From NCBI RefSeq assembly GCF_009914755.1, contig NC_060938.1: DNA of 64,000 nt; one strand, written 5' to 3'. The position numbers were made by a program, and so were the translations under genes. Of this stretch, positions 52,314 to 64,000 are shown piece after piece. This stretch comes from the human T2T-CHM13v2.0 reference genome, Homo sapiens. The stretch's first letter is position 1. The number at the start of each line of letters is the position of its first letter. A model generated the notes under the pieces. That model was not told the origin of the DNA. It saw only the letters and a program-made list of their open reading frames with translations, and did not search any database.

Positions 52314-55300
52314 GGTGGGTCCTCTGTCTTTAGTCCTGATCACCAAATAGAAACCCCTGGGAATCCCAGGGCTGGCGCTTCTCTCCCAGAGCTGTGCGGT
52401 CAGGACTGGGCTGGTTTTCATCAGCAGAGGGAGAAACCTATTTGCATGTCTCCTACTGTATAGCAAGCTCTGGGATGGGAATCCTGAGGAGGTGCAGGGC
52501 TCAGAGCAGACAAAGTGCCCTGGGGGAGATTGGTAGTCATCTTATCACTCAGGAAAATATCATTATATTATATGATTGTGCCTTGATAATCATTTAGCAG
52601 TCATCATCTTTTTGACATATTTGTAGAATACATTTAATGCAAGTGTCAATGTCACATTTTAAGGAAGATAAATCACACAGAGAACAGAGTGTTTATACAA
52701 TGCATTCAAGGTCACACAGCTGGACAGAGTTAGCCCCATTATCTCGGCCTGTGCCTCTGACCACTAGAGGAGACTGCTCCCCTGAGACAACTCCAGGGCA
52801 GTGTGAGACATGCCTAGTGAGGTCTGCAGGATTCCACCCCTGCCAGGACATCTCTGTTTTCTTTTAGTGTATTCTGCTATTGACCTGAAATACATAGAGA
52901 GAACCAGTGTTCACGCTTGTGTATTTTCAAGAGTCAGAGATGTTTCGAGTGTTCATTCCCATTTAGTTTTGGCTCCACCTCAATAAATGTATTCATTTGT
53001 TTCTTTGTTACTGCTTTATTTAAATACAATTAATAATTAATTCAAATATATACTGCATAATTTGGAAAATGGTAACATGTGTGCAACCCTTTAATCAGAG
53101 CTTCAATTAATTTGTGTACAATTCACACCTAAATCTTTGTGTCACTTCTCTGTAATTTCATCTCACCACCCCATTACTTTCAAAACCCAGTTCCCACCAA
53201 TATGTAATCTTCTCTGTTGCTTTAGAATAGCTGTACCTTCTGCAGTTTATACAAATAGAAGTTTATGAAGTGCACTGTTAATTTGTTAGCTACTTTCACT
53301 CAGCACAGTTATTTGTGAATGCAGCCATGATTTTATGAGAATGAGGATGCCTGGATTCTAATCCTGTGTTGTACTTTAGTTCATAATCATACATCAAATT
53401 GTCTAACATTCACTTGTAATGGATATGGATACTTGAGTTGTTCTCTTAATTTCTGGCTTTCATAGAGAGAGAGCAGTTACTCAGTATGGGAATGTGAAAA
53501 ATGAGGAAACCATGATCTTACTCTTTCCTCATTAACAACAAACCTGAAAAATTATGAATAAATGAAGAAGAAAACCTTTTAACATATCTGAGTTGCTTTC
53601 ACGGAGCAAAAAAGAGGACTGAAATCTGAGGAGGCAGACGCCTACAGAGAGGACTGGGGCCCACATGTTACCGAACCCAGGGCAGGTGCCACGGTATGGT
53701 ATTGAGAGAGGAACAGGCTAACCTGGAAATATTTAGTGAGGATTTTTTTTTTAATTTTGGATGCATGTGCTAATGGTGTTAGATGTGAAACTATTAGTCC
53801 TTGCAGGCTTTTTCCCGGGGATCTGAAAAATCCACAGTCAGCTCCCTTATCTGCTGTCCTGCGGTGCTGACAGGAAGAGAAGAACGGTAAGGACTGTGGA
53901 ACGCCTGGATTCACCTCCACTGTCTCCAGGGGAAATCCACTAAAACCTGTGTCCTATGGCCTGTGATGTGGTCATCAGAAACCAAAGAAAACAGAGGATT
54001 CCCAGGAAACTCCATCCAGATGAAATCCTTAATCTTCAGGTTAAGTACAATGGAGGAGAAGCTGAGGACATGGCAGAGAAACCACTGTGGGTTGGAAAAG
54101 ACACTCTACCCCTGGGGGAAGAGGTAAGAACAGGAAACTTGGGAAGGCCACCCTGAGAATCATGATTACTGCATATGCATAAGAAGGAGGTTGTTTTGGA
54201 AGGTTGGAGAACATCCCCGTTTGTTCGAACCCCTTCTCCACATGGTCAACTAGGTCTGCAGAATAGTGAAGTAGCTGCATCAGCTCCATTCTGGCCTCTG
54301 TCATGTGACAGTTTGGGTGGATTTGCTTTCTGCTCTCTCATAATTTGTTTCCTCTCTCAACTCCTAGCTCCATTCTTCTTTTAATTCTCACTTTATTGAA
54401 GAGATTCATATTTAGCTTAGAACATTAAAACCTTTGGAAGTAATTTTCATCTCAAACCTACCAAATCTAATGAGCTCTCTCCAGGGGTGCCCATCTGCTT
54501 TTTTTCTTCCTTTTCTATGGGGTATGGCCCTTGTTTCTCCCTGAGTCCAGCTCTTATTTTCATATGCATGAGGAGTCCAACCATCACACACCCAGGGACA
54601 TCTTGGAGCAACGTAACCTATCATCCGTCTCCTCAGCCCTCATGTGCACAGTGGCCACTCTGTCAGCTGCTGTATGTGCTTTAGGGCTTTCCATGTAAAA
54701 GTGTCTCTCACTTTCCCCCCAAATAAAGTTCCTGGTCCTTAAATACCTTCAAGAGCCAGTCTTCTTTACTGCCCCTTTGTTGCTAATATTGTTTTATTCC
54801 ATTAAAATACATTGGGAACCTCAGTGACTATTGTCTGACTTCTATTATCCCATTGTCTGACTTCTGCCTGACTGACCCACCCATGAGCTTTAATCCACTG
54901 CTCTGCAGCTGATGGGGCCATCTGGACCTTCATTCATAAGAGGTGTGTAATTTATTAGAGAAGACCTGAGATCAGCAGGCGCCTGAGTTCCTCAGAACAC
55001 AGGTGTGTCCTGCAGTAGAGTGTGTGTGACTGAAATCACACGTGTGTATAACTTGTAGCCTCAGCCCATAAGGTGATGACACCTTCTGGCCATTCCTGGG
55101 CAACCTGATGTGGGGTGCCCACAGAAGGATGGGTACATGACAAGGATGTTAGAAACCGATGTGGTGTTGGGGGCATGGACGGCCAAATTTAATTTAAATC
55201 TATTCTGTCCTTGATACTTGGGGAAGACTGGGAGAAAGGGAACAAAACTCAGACCCTATGTAGCTCCTAATTTAGGAAGGGATTCAGTGCAAATTGAGAA

Positions 55301-55560
55301 AGTTGAAGGAATAGACTATACTTTAAGGGATCATTTCTATAGTTCGTTCGAGGAAGTTGAAGGAAAACAGTTATGTTGGTGATGTTGGTGTGTTTTCCTG
55401 TGACTTACTTAGGAGACAGCAGAAGATGTTCAGTGGTCAGTCTCCATGCAGCTGGTCCTCATTGTCCATTTGTTATATCCACATGAAAGATAAAAGAAAA
55501 TTTTGTGGTACAGGCACCAGGGCTGGTTTCAGAGACATTGCCCCAAGAATGGCCAACAGG

Positions 55561-55847
55561 GGCCAGGTGCGGTGGCTCACACTTGTAATCCCAACACTTT
55601 GGGAAACCGAGGCAGGCAGATCATGCAGTGAGGAGATTTGAGACCACCCTAACACAGTGAAACCCTGTCTCTGCTAAAAATACAAAAAAAAAATAGGCTG
55701 GCATGGTGGTGGACACCTGTAGTCCCAGCTGCTCAGGAGGTTGAGGAAGGAGAATTGCCTGAACCCAGGAGACGGGGTTTGTAGTCAGCTGAGATTGCAC
55801 CACTGCACTCCAGCCTGGCCACAGAGCGAGACTCCGTCAAAAAAAAA
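55561..55847 (+). mobile_element. AluS-type element
   Basis: Dimer with TSD AATGGCCAACAGG. Confidence 0.9.
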
Positions 55848-56664
55848 TGGCCAACAGGGCCATGACACATTTTTATATGAGAACTACTATTTCTGCCTAC
55901 TTCATATGGATATCTGAGAGATGTGCCCAGCCTCAGGGAGCTGCTTCTCCCTCCAGGAGCTAACAGAGTTATGTGGTATTAGTCTGTCTGGGTCTTCATA
56001 AGAAGACAACAGGAGTGGGTGGCTTAAACAACAAACATTGATTTTCTCACCATTCTGAAGTCTGAATGTCCAAGGTCCAGGTGCTGGCAGGGTTGGTTCT
56101 TGGTGCGGCTTCTTCTTGGCTTGCACCTTCTAGTCCACTATGTCTCCACATGGCCTCTTCTCTGCGTGCACGGGAAAAGTGAGAGGTCTCTGGTGACTCT
56201 TCCACTTCTTATAAAGACAACAGATCTATTGCATTAGAATCTCAGACTTATGATCACATTTAACCTTAATTCCATCCTTAAAATTCCAATATAGATCAAT
56301 TGGATTTAAGGTTTCAGCATTTGAATTTCAAAGACAGCACAATTCAACTGATGACACAAATCAAGAGATGGTGAGAAGTATTAGAATATATATTTTTTTT
56401 AATTAAGAAGGAAAAATGGGACATTCAGGAACTTGTAGGAAAGTTCCTAGTAATTAGTGACACTTTGACTCTAAGAGGAAAATTTGCCTTCCTCCTTCCT
56501 TTCCTACCACAAGGATGTGAGGAAGCAGAACCACAGATAATAAAGAAAGAGGAGTCCTGGGGACAGCTGAGGTGCTGGCGAGGAGGGAGAGCACTGAGCT
56601 GATGAGGAAGCCCCGCCCTCCCTGCACCTGCTCCTGACCCGGCCTCATGCTCTGTGGGCCCCGC

Positions 56665-56678
56665 GCGCCCCCTGCTGG
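56665..56678 (-). promoter_or_regulatory. RSS-adjacent CTCF motif of IGHV4-30-2
   Basis: CCAGCAGGGGGCGC. Confidence 0.8.
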
Positions 56679-56723
56679 TCCTGAGCAGCACCTGCGCCCG
56701 CCCCCTCCGCCTCCCTGCAGGGA

Positions 56724-56762
56724 GGTTTGTGTCTGGGCTCACACTCACCTCCCCTCATTGTG
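56724..56762 (-). other. 23-RSS of IGHV4-30-2
   Basis: CACAATG + 23 + ACACAAACC. Confidence 0.95.
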
Positions 56763-57200
56763 TCTCTGGCACAGTAATACACGGCCGTGTCCGCGGCGGT
56801 CACAGAGCTCAGCTTCAGGGAGAACTGGTTCTTGGACCTGTCTACTGATATGGTGACTCGACTCTTGAGGGACGGGTTGTAGTAGGTGCTCCCACTATGA
56901 TAGATGTACCCAATCCACTCCAGGCCCTTCCCTGGTGGCTGCCGGATCCAGCTCCAGGAGTAACCACCACTGCTGATGGAGCCACCAGAGACAGCGCAGG
57001 TGAGGGACAGGGTCTGTGAAGGCTTCACCAGTCCTGAGCCGGACTCCTGCAGCTGCAGCTGGGACAGGACCCCTGTGAACAGAGAGACCCACAGTGAGCC
57101 CTGGGCTCAGAGGCACCTCCCATATCTCCATGTCTGCAGCCTTGAGACACTCACATCTGGGAGCTGCCACCAGCAGGAGGAAGAACCACAGGTGTTTCAT
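56763..57200 (-). CDS. IGHV4-30-2: Functional VH segment IGHV4-30-2 (leader 57155-57200, V exon 56763-57072)
   Basis: [38 protein letters not shown]...[28 protein letters not shown]...YYCAR. Confidence 0.95.
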
Positions 57201-57304
57201 GTTCTTGCACAGGAGGTCCAGGACTCTCAGAAAGTATTTCCCATGTGAGCTGGACCCTGAATTTAAGGAAATGTGTGGTGGTTTCCTGTGGGTGCCTAAG
57301 TGAG

Positions 57305-57312
57305 ATTTGCAT
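57305..57312 (-). promoter_or_regulatory. Octamer of IGHV4-30-2
   Basis: ATGCAAAT. Confidence 0.9.
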
Positions 57313-59393
57313 GGGGGTGGTGCCTCTGTATGGAGAAGTGAAAAGGGATGAGGGAGGCCCCAGTCTTTTAGACTCTCCCTGGGAGGAGGATGCTGGCTGT
57401 GCCCTCTGAGAATTCAGTTATCTTCCTGGGGCCTCAACTCACTATGTCCTGGCTCCTCTTTTCCCAGGTGAGGAAACAGATTGCAACAGCAGCTTAATGT
57501 AACAATCACTTGAGTTCAGACACACCAGGATTCACTTAATGTTATTTTTAGTTCAGAACCTCTATCAGGTTTAGAGGGAATCGCTCTGTGCCAGGGAGTG
57601 GGTCTTAAATAGCAAAACGGCCTCAGAAAACCCAACATAATCTACAGGGAGACCTCAGCATGGCAAGCAAGGAATCACTAAAGCCACCAGGGAGCTCCGG
57701 ATGCACTGATACGATCCAGAAACATAGCGAGTCCGGGAACTGATGGGGACTTTGGGGGAGCCTCTTTTATTATTTTTTAAGGATTCTGTGGTTGAAGGTC
57801 ACAACACTGGGCCTGACTGCTCCCTGAACCAAGCCCAGCACAATGTGGTTCACCCCAGTGACATTTTCAGATCTTTCTTCCTGTAATGAAAGCACGGTGT
57901 GATGTGTATGCACTATTGTGTTTACCTAATGAATGTAAAGAGAAGCACATTTCATGCAGTTGTATTTTCATAAATGTCAGACATTCATCATGTTAGTGTC
58001 TATTTTTCCATGAATCTGTACTGAACAAATTATTCATTCATTGATTTGTAGTAGTCTTATTGAGACATTATTACTATACATTAAATATTGCAAAAAGTGT
58101 GTGGTTTAATAAGTACTCAAGCCAAGCCAAACCTCCTGGCACACAACGGTAGTTCCAGCTACTTAGATGGCAGATGCAGGAGTATTGTTGGAGACCAGAA
58201 GTTAGAGGCTACATTGAACTATGATCCCACCACTACACTCCAGCCTGGGTCGCAGAGAAGGACCACATCTCTTCAGAAAAAAAAAAGAAACAAACAAAAC
58301 ACAATGTAATTCCACTCGTGCTCACCTGTGCATCCCCAAAAGCCATCCAAATAATGAACAAATTACACTTAAAAGTTTCCTTGTGTTGCTCTACAATTCC
58401 TCCTTCCCAATTATTTTCTTCCCCCACCATATTCTGAGTCAGTCCTTCACATTTAATACCTTAGTTTTGAGTTTCAAGAATTTATTATACAGGAATTATA
58501 TAGTATGTGTTTTATTTGTGTGGCTTCTCGCACGTAACTACTTATGATGCAAACATGTTGAGCATCAACAATGTATTGATTCTCATGATGGATGTTATTA
58601 CAGTAAATTAGCATGCCATTACTTTTTATCTATGTATCTTCTTGATATTTGTATCATTTCTAGTTTCTTAGTATTACACATAGAGGTGCTTCTCAGCTTG
58701 GAGATGTAAGCACCCGATAAAAATATGTTATTATTCTTACAACAGCTACTAAACTTACTGATCTGCAAATTAGCACATATACATCAAATTTTTGATGTTA
58801 TAGGACAAACAATATATCTGAAATCTGAAGAGAGATAAGGACGTGCAGGGAAATAAACAGGAGCAGATGATAATCTTTTCTGGGACAGAGGCTGCCAAAT
58901 GCCATTTAAGTTAGCACACGATTAAAGTAGACATATTCATTGGATGGTTTCAATTTGAGTGTGATAGAGAAGTTATTGTTTAAATTCTCAGAGTGTATAC
59001 AGTTGAGGAATTCCTCCTGCTATTGAAGCCTTTTTCTTCAGTACTGGGGATACATCACAAAATGCTCCAGCCTCTACCCTTTGGGATGGTGCTGTCTGGG
59101 AAAGCAAAACAGCAACTATAGCTGAAATGCATCCAGACACACCTCCCCATCACCACTACATTGCAAGAGAAATTATCTGCAGAGGTAAAGCCACCAAAAC
59201 CACTGTTCTACAGACACTGGAGAAACCAATAAGAACTGGGACAGGAGAGAGGAATGCACCAAGTCCCTGTCCAGGCCCACCTCCCATCTTCCCTCAGGAG
59301 TAACAGCCTTATTCAAAAGGAAAAGGCAGAAACTGAAGAAATCAGTGGGAAGACATAGTGGCTGCTGAAGGAACATATGAATAAAAATGAAGA

Positions 59394-59751
<358 letters not shown>

Positions 59752-61943
59752 CTAGTGAGGAGGTTGAGGTGGGAGGATTCTATGAGCCAGGAATTTGAAA
59801 TCACCATGAGCTATGTTATGATCACAGCACTGTAGTCCAACCTGCACAACAGAATGAGACTCCATCTCAAAAAAAAATTAAGAATTTCACACAATTGTAA
59901 AGCTACTCAGAGGAAATTAAACTGCGCATCCTCACATATCATCTGGCACTTCTGATATTTTGAAGAAAACAGGTGACCTAAGACCTTCAGAATAAGCTGA
60001 TGATCTGAAATCATGAAAAGCTTCCACAGAAGACATTGGACCAGAATCCTCCTCCATATCCTCCTCCTACTCATTATTCTTTGCTTATAAACTGTCTTCT
60101 CATTTTCTGCAGACCTGGCTGTTGTCCACCCATATTGGAGTCTTGTCTCTTTTCTTACTCATCATTTGTATACTTGCTATTTAGAGTAAGTCATCAGACT
60201 CTATGTTTAGGCCTGACTGCTGATAACTTCAGGCTCTTTCCTCCATCATCTCTTTTTTTAAGCATACAAGGTAAATCTAGTTAGAAATCACAGGAGCTCC
60301 CTCTTTTCATGCCAATTTGACCTTGAAACCCCACAAAACCCTTCCTGCAAGTACGATGCTCTGCCCCACTCCCCACCAAACCATGATAACAACCCTGAGC
60401 CAGTCTCCTTCCCTGCTCTATCAAGCCACTTTGGACCTTAATGAGAGACCTGCCCTGCTCTCAGCAGACACCTTAAGGATGCAGGTAACTATCCTTTGCA
60501 TACTCACTTGGTGTGAGTGTGTGGCATAATCAGACTCAACATCCACAGAAAATTTTAGTTGAGATCTCTTGGCATTGGCATGGTGTCGGCTACAATGGAT
60601 GCTGGGAGCTTGGTGTCACGGCTCCTTCCAAAGGACATGCCTGCTCCCTGAGTTAACTCCAAGATGCAGTTGGACATGCCTCCTGGGGTTTGAGAAGCTC
60701 CTTTCATGTACTGAAATCCTGTCATTATGTTTTTGTATTCTAGTGTCTCCCTCAAAGTACAGTGAGACCCAGGGTCCATTCATGTGTGTATTCAGGACTC
60801 TCTGAATTTTATGTATTTTATTCATCTCTCTCTACTACCTTTTCTACCAAACTAGACATTTAAAAAATTGCAATATTTTAATGAGATGAAATTAGCAAAT
60901 AAGAATCTTTACATAAAGTGTACAATTTTACAAATAGTGACATAATCCTCACTTTTACTAACAGAGAAAAAATCAATTATCCTAGAAATTTCCTTTTGCT
61001 CTCCTGTAGTTTCTCCTTTCTATACCTTCTCTTCTTGTACCATGTCCCCAGTCAACTACAGATCTTTTCATGTAACTTTAAGTTCATTTTTACTTTATAG
61101 AAATTATAGAAGTGGAATCGTATGTATGCACTTTCATTTGTTTGACTTATTTTACTTATTCAGGTGCTTGTTATTTTAAGCATGGTGTTGAGTGTATCCA
61201 GCAGTACTTGATTGTAACAGTGGGTATTATTCCAGTAAATGAATTTTCCACAATTTGTTTACCAGTTAAGCTGCTGAATAACAGTTGGATCGCTTTTGGT
61301 CTCTGGGTATAATAAACAAAGATGCTACTTAGCTTAGAGAAGTGACAAGCTGAGAAAAACATGGTTCTTATTTTTACATAACATGAATAGCAGGCAAAGC
61401 AGAAAAGCTGCACACTAATCAATTTGCTTCAATACATCACATAATTAAAGTTGGGAAGCTCTGTGTGTGTGTCAGTTCACGTGTTTTTGTGTGACAGAGA
61501 GAGAAGGCAGGAGGAGAGACCATGTCAAAAGGAGACCCTACATCTTTTGACCATAATGTGTGAGGTACTCAAGTAATTACAGGGACTTAGTGCTTGATGG
61601 ACAAGGTCCACATAAGATGGAGAGGACAACTGGATGCACCTCCATATGGGTACATAGTAGTATTTACATAAATGCCATTTTCTAATCATATCAACACTCA
61701 GACACATTAGAAGAGATGTAGTGGAGGGTGTCTGGTGGTGAAATATGATGGTGAGAACAACCCACATCTACAGCCCCTTTTCTGCCCTGTTGCACTTGCC
61801 CTGATGCGAAGCCTTGGTCCTGCTCATCCTGACCCCTAACAATCATCCTAAGCCCCCATACTGCCCCGAATGCCCCCTGCTGCTCCTATTCACCCCTGCA
61901 GGGAGGTTTGTGTCTAGGCTCACAATGAAGGCCCTTCATTGCA

Positions 61944-62240
61944 TCTTTTGCTTCAAAATGCGTAGTTGTGTGTTCACTGGGCACAGAGCTCAGCTGTAAG
62001 AACTGTTTCTTGGATCCGGATATGGACTCTTGAGAAGTGGGTTGTAATTTGTGCTCCCTTCACAACCCATGCACCTGATCCACTCCTGTCCATCTTCTAG
62101 GGGCAAGCAGATACAATTCTAGAAGGAAACACTGGTTATGATGGGGAATCCAGAGACAGTGCAGGTGAGGGAGAGGGTCTGTGAGGATGTCTCAAGCCAG
62201 AAGTGCACTGCGAAACACAGTTGTCCATGTTAACGGGTCC
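61944..62240 (-). pseudogene. IGHVII-30-21: Clan II VH pseudogene, IGHV(II)-30-21-like (duplicate of II-28-1)
   Basis: Paralog of 36917-37215. RSS TGCAATG + 23 + ACACAAACC (61905-61943). Confidence 0.7.
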
Positions 62241-63622
62241 TGGACAACACGGTGAAATTCCCAAATACATGCATTTTTTTATGAGCATAAAGAGCTCACT
62301 TTGTCCGATTTGTGAGTCTCCTAGAACAATTCAGTAGATTTAGAGGTTAGATTAAAAAGTATTATCACATGTTCCTTTCCTCAGACTTGCAACCAAATAA
62401 AAAAGAGAAACTGCTGTTTAGAAAAATGAACATTGAATTATTACCACGGTGTGTGATAATGATGATTTTTAGAATATGATTGACCTGTGATAACCTGAAG
62501 ACTGTCCTAATTCCGAGCCACAATTAGACCTGAGCAGCAATCACAGGGAGTGAAACACCTGACTCAGTGAAGCTGCACCTGGGGGTCTCCGCAGGCCCTG
62601 AGTGGTACAGGAACAGCTCCTCCCTCAGACTCAGTCTAAGGAGAACTTCTGCTCTTTATCTGGGGAGGTGAGGGTGAGTGTGTGGAAAGTACCAAACTTG
62701 CTCTAATCAAGATCTCTGCACGTGGGGAGAACCAAAGTATACGAGAAACAACTGGTTTCAGTTTAGATCGAACAGTTTCTCATGAGAAGGGCAATACCAC
62801 GTCTGGATCCTGCACAGAATTCAGAAACAATGAACTTGGGCTAAAGCTGAAAATTACGATTGTTTGCAGATTGTGTTATTAATTATCTATGTCATCTGAG
62901 AAAATGAATTAAATCACATGGTTTTTATAAAAAATTAACAAACAGCGTGCTGGCCCTGAGAATGCACCTCCAATCCCTCCAATATCCAGGAGCCCAATAG
63001 ACCAGGCAGCCAGCTGCTGCACTGCACTCTAACACCCATCACCTGTGTGTGCCAAAGACACCCATCCTGGGAGCTCCTCCCAGACAGTGGCTGTGCACAG
63101 TGGAGATACTGAGGCATGGCTGCTCCTGGGACACATGGGAGATCCCTGATGGACAACTGTGCTCAGCGAGGCACCAATGGCCTTGCTGGACTTAGCTTGG
63201 ACCACGGGGTCATCAGGGAAGCTCCATCAAACTCCCACCCTTCTCCAGCACTAGTTTTGGGTCTGGCATTGTGGGGTGGCAGTGTCTACAGACACACTCA
63301 GCTCCTATGCATTTTTATGCCTCCAATACTTACATCTGCTTTTGGGACATATGAGAATATTTCCTCTTTTAAATTAGTTTTCTAATCCAGGGACCTCATG
63401 GTGGGCACAAAACATAAATGTACAGAGGCTCAGAGGTGAAATATTAGAAGCAGAGGAAACCACAGACCCTGAAGGAAAGCAGCCCTTACCCTCCCTCCAT
63501 CTGCACCTGCCTTGGGGCTGCACCTGTTTTGTGAGTGCTGAGTGTCCCCTTCGGCCCAGACTCCTTTCTTGTTTTTGCAGGAAGTGTTGTGTCTGGACTC
63601 ACACCGATGTTTGCTCACTTGG

Positions 63623-64000
63623 GACCTTATGTACAGCCATGCACAGCCATGTCCTCAGCTCTCACTTGGGACCTTATGTACAGCCATACACGTCCATGTC
63701 CTCAGCTCTCTGACTGTTCATTTGCAGATACAGAGAGTTCTTAGCATTGTCTTTGGAGATGGAGAATCTGCCCTTCACAGAGTCTGCATGGTGTATCTGA
63801 CTTCCATCATCTTTTATATCTATTACTCACTCCAGCCCCTTGCCTGGAGACTGGTGAACTCGGCTCATTCAGAAGCTACTGAAGGCGAATCTAGAGGCTA
63901 CACAGGAGAGTCTCAGGAACTTCCCAGGTTGTCTCAGGTCCTCTATGGACTCTATCAGCTCCACCTCACACTGAACACCTGAAAATACACACACATCCTG
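63623..64000 (-). pseudogene. IGHV3-29 paralog pseudogene (IGHV3-30-22/IGHV3-32-like); leader lies outside the window
   Basis: GAGGTGGAGCTGATAGAGTCCATAGAGGAC from 63967. Stops. RSS CCAAGTG + 23 + ACACAACAC. Internal 47-bp duplication. Confidence 0.85.

Overview
Human (primate) immunoglobulin heavy-chain variable locus (IGH, 14q32.33), all V segments on the minus strand. Names come from my recall of IMGT sequences and gene order; no database was searched. From left to right: IGHV(III)-25-1 fragment, IGHV2-26 (functional), IGHV(III)-26-1, IGHV(II)-26-2, IGHV7-27, IGHV4-28 (functional), IGHV(II)-28-1, IGHV3-29, a GOLGA4 3'UTR-like retrocopy, IGHV3-30 (functional), IGHV(II)-30-1, IGHV3-30-2, IGHV4-30-2 (functional), IGHV(II)-30-21-like and IGHV3-30-22-like (cut by the window end). 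The right half is built from a recent ~25 kb tandem duplication over older ~13 kb and ~9 kb duplications. The rest is L1, Alu, MaLR, Tigger and ERV-like debris. I see no new protein-coding system. The most notable observations are: (1) a ~22-unit minisatellite of co-oriented CTCF motifs next to a pseudogene RSS; (2) a heavily decayed V relic upstream of IGHV7-27 that I do not recall being named, with a near-consensus CTCF-like core and siblings upstream of both IGHV4 genes; (3) a core CTCF substitution beside the rarely used IGHV4-28; (4) a conserved perfect octamer about 0.5 kb downstream of two V segments; (5) several L1 twin-priming or transduction scars and a three-layer L1 > retrocopy > AluYa5 nest.
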